From a bacterium (GTDB lineage Bacteria; JADJOY01): a stretch of 55,424 bases of DNA. Both the position numbers and the translations under genes were made by a program. Location of the stretch: positions 62,001-117,424 of the forward strand of contig JAXLQJ010000011.1 in assembly GCA_046331705.1 (NCBI GenBank), given 5' to 3'. Shown piece by piece: positions 1 through 8,113 of the stretch (positions within the stretch are counted from its first letter, which is position 1; each line of letters opens with the position of its first letter). The notes below the pieces were generated by a model. It had not been told where the DNA came from, ran no database searches, and saw nothing but the letters and a program-made list of their open reading frames with translations.

Positions 1-1
1 T

Positions 2-3000
2 CTCGGAACGGGTGTCGGTAGTCGTACGTATTCGGTCATCGAGCAGGGACGCGTCAGCCAGCTGGTCGGCGCCAAGCCGCAGGATCGCCGCGCGTTCATC
101 GAGGAGGTGGCGGGCATCAGCCGCTACCGGAGCCGCCGCCTCGAGGCGGAGCGCAAGCTCGAGGCCACCACGCAGAACCTGCAGCACGTCGACGCCATCC
201 TGGTCGAGCTGGAGCGGCAGGTCGGCTCGCTCTCGCGCCAGGCGCGCAAGGCCGAGCGCTACGAGCAGCACCGCAACGAGATCCGTCGTCTCGACGCGGA
301 TCTGACCGGCCGCCACGCCTTGCTGCTCAAGACCGAGCGGGCCGGGCAGGCGGCGCTGCTCGAGGCGTTGGTGCTCGAGCAGGCGGCGGCCACTGCCGGG
401 CTGAGCGGCGCCGAGACGCGGCTCGAGCAACGCCGCCTCGAGCTGGTGGAGCTCGAGCGCAGCGCGCGCGATCGCGACGCCGAGCACCACGCGGTGATGA
501 TGCGCCTCACGCAAGCCGAGCAGAGCCTCGCGTACGTCGCCGCCGAACGCGGCCGTATCGCCGATCGCCGTGGCCGGCTCGAGTCCGATCGCGACACGCT
601 CACCGTGCTCCACGGCGAGCTGGAAACGCGGATCGCCGGCGCTTCACAGCGCCACGCAGACGCGCAAGCGGCGCACCAGGCGGCTGCCGCTCATCGCGCG
701 TCCATCGACGATTCGCTCCGCGTGGAGCGGCAGGGCCACGCGACCGTGGAGGCCGAGCTCGACGAGCAGCGATCGCAGCACTTCGGGCTGCTCAACGCGC
801 GATCGATGGTCGAGGGCGAGCTCAAGACGCTCGAGCGCCGCGAGGCGCAGCTGCGCGCACGGGTCGAGCGCAAGGACGCGGACCGCAACGCCGCGCTGCG
901 CCAGATCGAGATCCTGTGCGAGGGGCGCGCCGCGTCGTCCACCGAGCTCGAGCACCTGAATCGGCACCGGGAGGCGCTCGCGGCGGAGCGGACCGAGGTT
1001 CGCGAGCGCGCGATCGAGCGTCGCGCGGACCTCGAGAACGTGGTGCGAGCGCTGGATACGGCGCGCTCTCGGCTCGCCCGTTCGGAGAGCCGCTGTGCGT
1101 CGCTCGAGGAGTCGTTGCGCCGCCGCGAGGGCATGAACGAGGGCGCCCGTCGGCTGCTGGCGGAGCCCAGGGACGGCGAGTCGGCGATCCGCGGCACCGT
1201 GGCGGACGTGGTGAACGCGGACGATCGGCACGCGCGCGCCGTCGAGGCGTGGCTCGGACCGGCGCTCGATTACCTGCTGGTCGATTCGCCGCGCGCGAGC
1301 CTGCCCTGGATCGCGCTCTTGCACCGTGAGAGCGCGGGGCGGGCCGGGATCGCCCCGCTCGCCGCGGCGCGCCGCGAGCCGCGTGCCTGCTCGGCACCGC
1401 CCGAGGGCGAGGGCGTCGTGGGGCGGCTGCGGGATCAGGTCCGCGTCGAGGAGCCGTTCGCCGCGCTGCTCGACGAGCTGATCGGCGAGGCCTGGCTCGT
1501 CGAGTCGCTGGAGCGAGCGGTCGGGCTCTGGGAATCGGGTGTGCGCGTGCCGCTCGTGAGCCTCGATGGCGACATCGTCGAACCGTCCGGAGTGGTCCAC
1601 GGCGGTACCGTGGCGCAGGCGGCGTCGGGGCCGATCGCGCAGCGCAACGAGATCCGTCGTCTCGAGCAAGAGGTCGCGACGCTGCGCGCGACGCTCGCCG
1701 AGCACGAGCACGAGCGCAACCGATTGAGCGCCGATCTCATCCAGCTCGAGGCGCGCTTCGAGGAACTGGGCCGCTCGCTCGAGCGCGACGAGAGCCGCCG
1801 CATGGAGGCGGTGCGGTCGCTCGGCACCGCGGAGGAGGCGATTCGGCAGCAGCGCGAGGTGGTCGAGGCGTTCGCGTTCGAGATCGAGGAAGCGACCCGC
1901 GAGCTGGCGTCGATCGACGTCGAACGCGTTGCCCATCAGGAGCGGCTGCAATCGACCGTCGCCGCGATCGATCAGCTTCAGGAAGCGCTCCAGGCGGGCA
2001 AGGCGCGGCGCGACGAGGTCGTGCGGCGCATCGAGGCGCTCGCCGCCGAGCAGCTGGAGGCCGCCCGTCACGATGCCTCGACCGCGCAGGAGCGGCGCGC
2101 GAGCGAGCGCGAGCTCGCCGAGCTCGGCGAGCGGCTGCGGGAGGCCGCGTCCCGGATCGCCGCATCCGTCGAGGAGCAGCGCGCCTTGGATGCGCGCGTG
2201 GAGGAGCTGGAGCGCTCGGCCGCGGAAGCCGAGGAGGTGCGGAGCACCGAGGGCGCGTCGCGCGAGCGCCTCGAGGCCGAGCAGCAGGCGCTGGGCCGGC
2301 AGATCGACGTCGCGCGTTCCGAGATCGCCGAGCTCACCCACGACACCCGTACCCGCCGCGCGGCGCTCGAGGGCGTTCACGCGGCGCTCCAGGCGGAGCA
2401 GGTCCGTCGCGCCGAGATCGACATTCGCATCCAGAGCCTGGAGCAGGGGTTCCAGGATCGCTACGCCGTCTCGCTCGACGCGGCGAGCGCCGTCGTTCCG
2501 CCGTCGGAGGTGGAGGCCGAGCGCTGGGCGCAGCGTCTCGACGAGCTTCGCAAGCGGATCCACCAGATGGGCGAGGTGAACCCGGGCGCCGTGGAAGAGC
2601 ACCGCCAAGTGCTCGAGCGACGGGACTTCTACGCCAATCAGCGCGCCGATCTCGCCAAGAGCTTGGAAGAGCTCACCCAGGCCATCACCAACATCAACCG
2701 CACCACGCGGCGGCGCTTCCGCGAAGCGTTCGACATGGTGAAGGAATCGTTCCAGCAGGTGTTCCCCCGCCTCTTTCCGGGTGGGCAAGGCGACCTGCTG
2801 CTGACCGAGGGCGCCGACTTGCTCGAGGCCGGTGTCGAGATCGTCGTGCGTCCCGCCGGCAAGAAGCTTCAGTCGATCGACCTGCTCTCCGGCGGCGAGA
2901 AGGCCATGGCCGCGCTCGCGCTCATGTTCGCGATCCTGAAGGTGAAGCCCTCGCCGTTCTGTTTGCTCGACGAGGTGGACGCGCCGCTCGACGAGGCCAA

Positions 3001-3160
3001 CATCGGTCGCTTCAACGACCTCGTGCGCGAGCTGGCGGTGGCGTCACAGGTGGTCGTGATCACGCACAGCAAGAAGACCATGGGTGTGGCCGACCGGCTC
3101 TACGGCGTGACGATGCCCAAGCCCGGGATCTCCCAGGTGGTGGGCGTCAGCCTCAACTGA
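2..3160 (+). CDS. smc: Chromosome segregation protein SMC (5'-partial)
   Basis: Frame is open from base 2 (LGTGVGSRTYSVIEQG...KPQDRRAFIEEVAGI). Long coiled coils, hinge (GTVADVV...VSLDGDIVEPSGVVHGG), signature LSGGE and Walker B LLDEVDAPLD. Confidence 0.97.
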   Translation, partial: LGTGVGSRTYSVIEQGRVSQLVGAKPQDRRAFIEEVAGISRYRSRRLEAERKLEATTQNLQHVDAILVELERQVGSLSRQARKAERYEQHRNEIRRLDADLTGRHALLLKTERAGQAALLEALVLEQAAATAGLSGAETRLEQRRLELVELERSARDRDAEHHAVMMRLTQAEQSLAYVAAERGRIADRRGRLESDRDTLTVLHGELETRIAGASQRHADAQAAHQAAAAHRASIDDSLRVERQGHATVEAELDEQRSQHFGLLNARSMVEGELKTLERREAQLRARVERKDADRNAALRQIEILCEGRAASSTELEHLNRHREALAAERTEVRERAIERRADLENVVRALDTARSRLARSESRCASLEESLRRREGMNEGARRLLAEPRDGESAIRGTVADVVNADDRHARAVEAWLGPALDYLLVDSPRASLPWIALLHRESAGRAGIAPLAAARREPRACSAPPEGEGVVGRLRDQVRVEEPFAALLDELIGEAWLVESLERAVGLWESGVRVPLVSLDGDIVEPSGVVHGGTVAQAASGPIAQRNEIRRLEQEVATLRATLAEHEHERNRLSADLIQLEARFEELGRSLERDESRRMEAVRSLGTAEEAIRQQREVVEAFAFEIEEATRELASIDVERVAHQERLQSTVAAIDQLQEALQAGKARRDEVVRRIEALAAEQLEAARHDASTAQERRASERELAELGERLREAASRIAASVEEQRALDARVEELERSAAEAEEVRSTEGASRERLEAEQQALGRQIDVARSEIAELTHDTRTRRAALEGVHAALQAEQVRRAEIDIRIQSLEQGFQDRYAVSLDAASAVVPPSEVEAERWAQRLDELRKRIHQMGEVNPGAVEEHRQVLERRDFYANQRADLAKSLEELTQAITNINRTTRRRFREAFDMVKESFQQVFPRLFPGGQGDLLLTEGADLLEAGVEIVVRPAGKKLQSIDLLSGGEKAMAALALMFAILKVKPSPFCLLDEVDAPLDEANIGRFNDLVRELAVASQVVVITHSKKTMGVADRLYGVTMPKPGISQVVGVSLN
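272..1665 (+). repeat. Exact 23-bp direct repeat inside smc (272-294 and 1643-1665)
   Basis: CGCAACGAGATCCGTCGTCTCGA occurs twice, both in frame (RNEIRRL). Confidence 0.85.
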
Positions 3161-3193
3161 TCCTCGCGGGCCGCGGGCCTCGCGCTGCGGGGG

Positions 3194-3610
3194 CTATCGG
3201 CGCGGTCGAGGGGGGCCGCCCGCGCCAGGCCGTGGCACGGCGTTGCCGCTGGCGCCAGGGACTGGGCCGGGGGTACCGCCGACGGCGATCAGCATCGCGT
3301 TGATGGTCGGCGTGCAGCGCGTCGCGCCACACGTTCCGGTGGTCGCGCCCGTTCGGCGGCGCACGTCCGGGATCGTGCGAGCGCCGGCGCGGATCGCCTG
3401 CTCGATGGTCTTGCGACGGATGCCGCGACAGATGCACACCACTTGAAATCCGGCGAGGATCGCGGCGTCCGGAGACGTCGTGACGGATGCGGAGGCTGCC
3501 GTGCTCGCCGTGGAGGGTGGCGTCGAGGCGGGGACGCTCGCGTCGGCGACCGGCGCCTGGGGCGACGAGTCGTGCGGGGCGCGAGGCGGAAGAGGATCGT
3601 GCGGGTTCAC
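3194..3610 (-). CDS. BFD-like [2Fe-2S]-binding protein with low-complexity termini
   Basis: VCICRGI...AIRAGA.T..DV.RRTGATTGTCGATRC pattern. Start codon uncertain. Confidence 0.8.
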   Translation of the reverse strand: MNPHDPLPPRAPHDSSPQAPVADASVPASTPPSTASTAASASVTTSPDAAILAGFQVVCICRGIRRKTIEQAIRAGARTIPDVRRRTGATTGTCGATRCTPTINAMLIAVGGTPGPVPGASGNAVPRPGAGGPPRPRR

Positions 3611-3645
3611 GCGTGACTCGCTGATGTGGGGCGAACGAGCTCGAA

Positions 3646-3675
3646 TTGACGGGATTTTCGCCGGCTCCTTAGGAT
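3646..3675 (+). promoter_or_regulatory. Putative sigma70 promoter for the ferredoxin gene
   Basis: TTGACG-N18-TAGGAT, 46 bp upstream of ATG 3722. Confidence 0.5.
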
Positions 3676-3721
3676 AACGAACGATCCCCAGCAGGACGAA
3701 CCCTCACGACACTCGAGACCC

Positions 3722-4057
3722 ATGGCGTATCGACGACACTTCTTCGTTTGCACCACCCAGCGGCCACCGTTCGGCAAGCCGTCGTGCGGCGCGCAAGGTT
3801 CCGCGGCCATCGTCGCTGCGTTGACGGCCGAGCTCGACAAGCGGCCCGAGCTCGCCGGCACGGTGGCCATCGCGACCTCGAGCTGTCTCGGTCCCTGCTT
3901 CGACGGCCCGACCGTGGTCGTGTACCCGGAAGGCACCTGGTACACGGGCGTGAAGCCCGAGGACGCGCCGGAGATCGGCGAGCGCCACATGGCCGCGGGC
4001 GAGCCCGTCGACCGCTTACGCAACGCCGCGCTCAGCGATCCGCCGCGCGACCCGTGA
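3722..4057 (+). CDS. Thioredoxin-like [2Fe-2S] ferredoxin
   Basis: HFFVC...PSC...SSCLGPCFDGPTVVVYPEGTWY with four Cys ligands. Confidence 0.92.
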   Translation: MAYRRHFFVCTTQRPPFGKPSCGAQGSAAIVAALTAELDKRPELAGTVAIATSSCLGPCFDGPTVVVYPEGTWYTGVKPEDAPEIGERHMAAGEPVDRLRNAALSDPPRDP

Positions 4058-4091
4058 GTCGCGCGGCGCGGCGCGCGAGCGCTCGCGCGGC

Positions 4092-4319
4092 TCAGTCGTC
4101 CGCGAGGACGTTCTTGAGGTCGGGCAAGTCTTCCTTCAGCCGTTGAAGGATGCTCACTTGCAGGGCGTAACGCTGCGCATAATCCTCGGGGTCGATGCCG
4201 TGGAAGCGCACGTTGACGATGCCGTCCTCGGTCACGGAAACGAACTCGACGCCGAGGCCGTCGCCCGCGAGCCCCGGCTGAATCTCGCCGTCGATGATGT
4301 CTCGGATCTGGTGCTCCAT
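4092..4319 (-). CDS. NifU/NfuA C-terminal-like domain protein lacking CxxC (DxxD instead)
   Basis: IQPGLAGDGLGVEFVSVTEDGIVNVRFHG...ILQRLKEDLPDLKNV follows the Nfu pattern; GACxxC is replaced by GIDPED. Confidence 0.75.
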   Translation of the reverse strand: MEHQIRDIIDGEIQPGLAGDGLGVEFVSVTEDGIVNVRFHGIDPEDYAQRYALQVSILQRLKEDLPDLKNVLADD

Positions 4320-4412
4320 GGCGGCTCGAAACCATAGCGTCGTGTGCGGACCCAAGCAATCGTCACTCGCTGGCGCGCGCGACGGTGCCGCGCGCCCACG
4401 GGGTCGCGCGGC

Positions 4413-4664
4413 GTGAAGATCCGGGTGCTGCTCTTCGCCGCGTGTCGCGAGATCTTCGGCGCGAGTGCGACGGATCTCGAGCTCGGGCCCGGTGCTGCCG
4501 TGCGCGATGCGCTCGCCGCCTTGGTTGCTCGCGAGCCGCGTCTCGAGCGGTTCGTGGCCGGCGCTCGCTACGCGCGAAACGATGCCTTCGTGGGTGCGGA
4601 CGAAGCGCTGGCGGATGGCGACGACGTGGCGGTGATCCCGCCCGTCAGCGGAGGCTGCAGGTGA
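4413..4664 (+). CDS. moaD: Molybdopterin synthase sulfur-carrier subunit
   Basis: KIRVLLFA..RE..G...N......L.DGDDVAVIPPVSGG followed by a CR extension. Confidence 0.88.
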   Translation: MKIRVLLFAACREIFGASATDLELGPGAAVRDALAALVAREPRLERFVAGARYARNDAFVGADEALADGDDVAVIPPVSGGCR

Positions 4665-5085
4665 TCGAGCTCAGCGAGCGTCCCATCGACCCGGCTCGGC
4701 TCTGGATGCGGTGGCGAGCCCGTCCGCGGGTGGCGGCCGTGCTCTCCTCGGCACGGTGCGCGATCACACCGGCCCCAAGGCCGTCATCGCGATGGAATAC
4801 GAGGCGCACGGACCGCTCGCCGAGCGCGAGCTCGCGGCGGTGGCGAGCGAAGCGAGCGCGCGCTGGCCGGGCGTACGCATCGCCGCGCAGCACCGCACCG
4901 GCCGTCTTGGCCTGGGCGAGGCCAGCGTCGGCGTCGCCGCCAGCGCCGCGCATCGCGCGGAGGCCTTCGAGGCGGCGCGCTGGGTGATCGACACGCTCAA
5001 GGAGCGGGTGCCGATCTGGAAGAAGGAGCTCTCGCCCGAGGGCGACGCGTGGGTGCACGGCGAGGAACGCGTCTCGGTCGAGTGA
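4661..5085 (+). pseudogene. moaE: Molybdopterin synthase catalytic subunit, frameshifted near 4702 (possibly a sequencing error)
   Basis: GTG 4661 (GTGA overlap with moaD) reads VIELSERPIDPARL. The remainder (DAVASPSAG...GTVRDH...YEAH...HRTGRL..GE.SV...HR.EAF.A....D.LK..VPIWKKE) is in a different frame. Confidence 0.8.
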
Positions 5086-5147
5086 CGAGCTGCGCGGGGC
5101 GCCACGCGCGGGAGCCGCGCGCGGCGCGCCCGAGGACCGCCGGTGGC

Positions 5148-5537
5148 TCAAGCCGACCCGAGCCGCTCGATCTGGAAGCGCAGGATCGTCTCGCCCATGG
5201 TCAGCTTGTCGCCGCTGCGGATCGCGTACTCCTCGACCACGGAGCCGTTGAGCAGCGTGCCGTTCGAGCTGTCGAGGTCGCGCACCCGGAACTCGGCGGC
5301 GCCGTAGACGACCTCGGCGTGATGGCGCGACATCGACGGATCGCTGATCGTGATGTGCGAGTCCTCGCCGCGCCCGATGACGGTGCGTGCCTGGGTGATC
5401 GGAAACTCCACGCCCTTCTGCGCGCCGGTCGTGACGACCAGCTTGGCGCGCAGCCATGACGGCGGAGGCTCCTCCACCTGCGACGGGCGAGTGTTGTCGA
5501 AGTGGTACGTCTTCTGATCCGGATGTGCGCTGCTCAC
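5148..5537 (-). CDS. FHA domain protein
   Basis: IGR...D.SMSRHHA...DLDSSNGTLLNG...LRSGD-type FHA motifs. Confidence 0.92.
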   Translation of the reverse strand: MSSAHPDQKTYHFDNTRPSQVEEPPPSWLRAKLVVTTGAQKGVEFPITQARTVIGRGEDSHITISDPSMSRHHAEVVYGAAEFRVRDLDSSNGTLLNGSVVEEYAIRSGDKLTMGETILRFQIERLGSA

Positions 5538-5586
5538 GTCGATTGCCCTCGTGAGCGCGGCGGGTGGCCGGCGCGCTCGTCGGTGG

Positions 5587-5955
5587 TCATTGGATCATGT
5601 CGTTGGTGCGTCGCAGCCGGTCGGCGAGCTTGTACACCATGCGCACCGCCACGTTCGGATTGCCGAGGAGCATCTCCTCGAAGGTGGTCTTGTCGTAGAC
5701 GAGGAGCACCGATGGCTCGAGCGCGACGGCGGTCGCGTTGCGCGGCTCGTGGTTCAGGATCGCCATCTCGCCGAAGAACTCGCCGGCGCCCAGCTCGGCG
5801 AGCACCCGTTCCTCGCCGCCCACCGACTTGGTGATGCGAATGCAGCCCGACTGCACGACGAACATCGCGTCGCCGTGATCGCCCTCGTGAAAGAGCACCT
5901 CGCCTCGACCGAGCTGCCGGTGCGCGGCGGAAGGTGGGCTCGAATGACGTGCCAT
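5587..5955 (-). CDS. Stand-alone cyclic-nucleotide-binding domain protein
   Basis: GEVLFHEGD.GD.MFVV.SG...GEFFGEMAIL...PRNATA; no HTH domain follows. Confidence 0.9.
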   Translation of the reverse strand: MARHSSPPSAAHRQLGRGEVLFHEGDHGDAMFVVQSGCIRITKSVGGEERVLAELGAGEFFGEMAILNHEPRNATAVALEPSVLLVYDKTTFEEMLLGNPNVAVRMVYKLADRLRRTNDMIQ

Positions 5956-6041
5956 CGTTCGCAGATCGAATCCCGTCGGGCGAGGATAATCGAGCGCAGA
6001 GCCCACGGGAACCCGAATATTCGTCGAAGGGCGACGTCGGA

Positions 6042-7046
6042 ATGCGTGTGCTAGAACGCCCTGCGATGGCCCTCTCGAGTCGCGTCACCGTGACCAGCGC
6101 TCGCCTGGCGTGGCGGCTGGTTCCACTGGTGGTCTTGCTGCTGCCGTGGAAGGCGCTCGCCGTCGAGCCGCCGTCCCCCGCGGCCGGATCCGCCACGAGC
6201 ACGGGTGCGACCGCAGCCCCTGTCGCGTCGAGCCCGGCGCAACCGGCCGCTTCGGAGTACGTCGGCAGCGCGCGTTGCCAGCCGTGCCACGCGCGCGAGT
6301 TCGAGACGTGGAAGGATGCCCCCCACGCGCGAACGCTGCACGTGCCCGGTGACGCGGATCGGGCGCGGCTCGCCGAGAGCCTGCAGTGCGCCGATCGGCC
6401 CGTCCGCCTGGCGCTCGGGCTCAAGCGGCACATCCGGTTCGTGGCGCCCGACCCGAGCGGAGTGGATCGCGTGCTGCCGTGCCGCTGGAACCGTGCCACC
6501 GAGGGCTGGGACATGGTGGGTGCCGAGCCGGGCCCGGTGTTCGCCGACACCTGCGCTTGGTGTCATCAGACGGGACCCCGCCCGCGCCCCGTCGAGAATG
6601 GCGTCGGCTGCGAGGCCTGCCACGGCCCCGGCGCCGCGCACGCCGCGGACCCCGAGAAGCACCGGTCGTTCGCCTTCCCGCCGAATCGCCCCGAGCTCGC
6701 TGCATCGGTGTGCGGGGCGTGTCATCTCCAGGGTGGGCTCACGCGCGAGGGCCTGAGCTTTCCGGAAGGCTTCCGTCCCGGCACGGATCTGCGGGAAGTG
6801 TTCCGTTACGATTGGCAGGCGCTCGACGCGGCGGCGGGCGATCACCACGCGCAGAAGGAGATCCGCTCGGTGCTGGCGGGGACCGCGACGCAACGGGTCT
6901 GCGTGTCCTGCCACGATCCGCATCGACAGACCGCGCTCGCGCACGGGAAGCTGCCGGTGAGCGGGCTTTGCGCCGAGTGTCACGTGAATGGATCGGCCGC
7001 GCTGCGGTCCGATCGGGAGGCCGTGTGTCCGGTATGCGAATTGTGA
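6042..7046 (+). CDS. Exported multiheme c-type cytochrome (6 CxxCH)
   Basis: Signal peptide; CQPCH, CAWCH, CEACH (GVGCEACHGPG, c554-like), CGACH, CVSCH, CAECH. Start 6042 or 6066. Confidence 0.9.
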   Translation: MRVLERPAMALSSRVTVTSARLAWRLVPLVVLLLPWKALAVEPPSPAAGSATSTGATAAPVASSPAQPAASEYVGSARCQPCHAREFETWKDAPHARTLHVPGDADRARLAESLQCADRPVRLALGLKRHIRFVAPDPSGVDRVLPCRWNRATEGWDMVGAEPGPVFADTCAWCHQTGPRPRPVENGVGCEACHGPGAAHAADPEKHRSFAFPPNRPELAASVCGACHLQGGLTREGLSFPEGFRPGTDLREVFRYDWQALDAAAGDHHAQKEIRSVLAGTATQRVCVSCHDPHRQTALAHGKLPVSGLCAECHVNGSAALRSDREAVCPVCEL

Positions 7047-8104
7047 GATCGACTCGATGGAATCGCTGCTCTCGCGTGCGGTCGGTGCTGCTCGCCGCCG
7101 CCGCTTGCGTCGCGTGGTGCGTCGCGACTCCGCACGCGGCGAACGCCGCCGCGAAGGTCGGCGACCCACTCCCCGAGGTTACGCTCGACCTGCTCGACAC
7201 GTCGGGCAACGCAGGCCCGACCTTCAAGCCGACGGCGCTCGCGTCGTGGGCGCAGGGCAAGCCGCGCCTCCTCCTGTTCGTGCTTCCCGGGCATTGGCCG
7301 TCCAATCTCGAGAGCGCGGATCTGCGCGCCTTCAGCAGCGCGCTCGGCGGCAAGGTCGCGGTCGCGGTGGTGACGGTGCCCAAGCCCGGCATCGCGAGCG
7401 CCACCGATCTGCGCAACGCGCTCGGTGACGCGTCGAGCGGCTTGCCGGTCTTCCGCGACGCCGGCTTCGCGTTCGCGAGTGCCGTGGGGATCGGTTCGGC
7501 GCCGAGCTACGTCTTCGCCGACAGGGATGGCGTGCTGCGCGTGCTGGGCGCCAAGGCGCTGGCCGCGCCGGTCTCGGGGCCGACGTCGTTCGCGGACTAT
7601 CTGCGGGCGGGAATCGCGAGCGGCAGCTTCGCCAGCCTCGACTCGCTTCCGGTCTACAAGCCGAATCAGCGCCTGGTGGGGCGCGGCTTCGTGGACCTGG
7701 CGCTGCCGCGCCTCGACCAGCCCGGCGCGGCGAAGGTCTCGGACTGGGCCGGCAAGGGCAAGGCCGTGCTGTTGGTCTTCTGGTCGGTGCGCTGCCCGCA
7801 CTGCACCAAGGAGATGCCGCACTTCGCGGAGGTGGCGACGAAGTACGCGGATCGCCTCACGCTCGTCTCGGTGGCGCGCACCGCCGACGGCGCGATGGAG
7901 CAGGAGACTCGGCAATACCTGACCTCGAACTCGCTCAAGTTCCCGGTTCTCGTCGATGCGACCGGCGACGCCATGGACCGTTACATCGTGTCGTCGACGC
8001 CCACCAGCATCCTGATCCGCGCCGACGGCAACGTGCTCGCGATCGAGTCCGGCGAGATCGACAACCTCGCCGGATGGCTCGATCGCCATCTCGGCGGCGC
8101 CTGA
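7034..8104 (+). CDS. Exported TlpA/ResA-like redoxin with two thioredoxin folds
   Basis: Signal peptide ending ANA; second domain FWSVRCPHC...cis-Pro (STPT); first domain degenerate. The longer ORF from 6386 overlaps the cytochrome gene. Confidence 0.85.
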   Translation: MRIVRSTRWNRCSRVRSVLLAAAACVAWCVATPHAANAAAKVGDPLPEVTLDLLDTSGNAGPTFKPTALASWAQGKPRLLLFVLPGHWPSNLESADLRAFSSALGGKVAVAVVTVPKPGIASATDLRNALGDASSGLPVFRDAGFAFASAVGIGSAPSYVFADRDGVLRVLGAKALAAPVSGPTSFADYLRAGIASGSFASLDSLPVYKPNQRLVGRGFVDLALPRLDQPGAAKVSDWAGKGKAVLLVFWSVRCPHCTKEMPHFAEVATKYADRLTLVSVARTADGAMEQETRQYLTSNSLKFPVLVDATGDAMDRYIVSSTPTSILIRADGNVLAIESGEIDNLAGWLDRHLGGA

Positions 8105-8113
8105 GCCGGGCGC

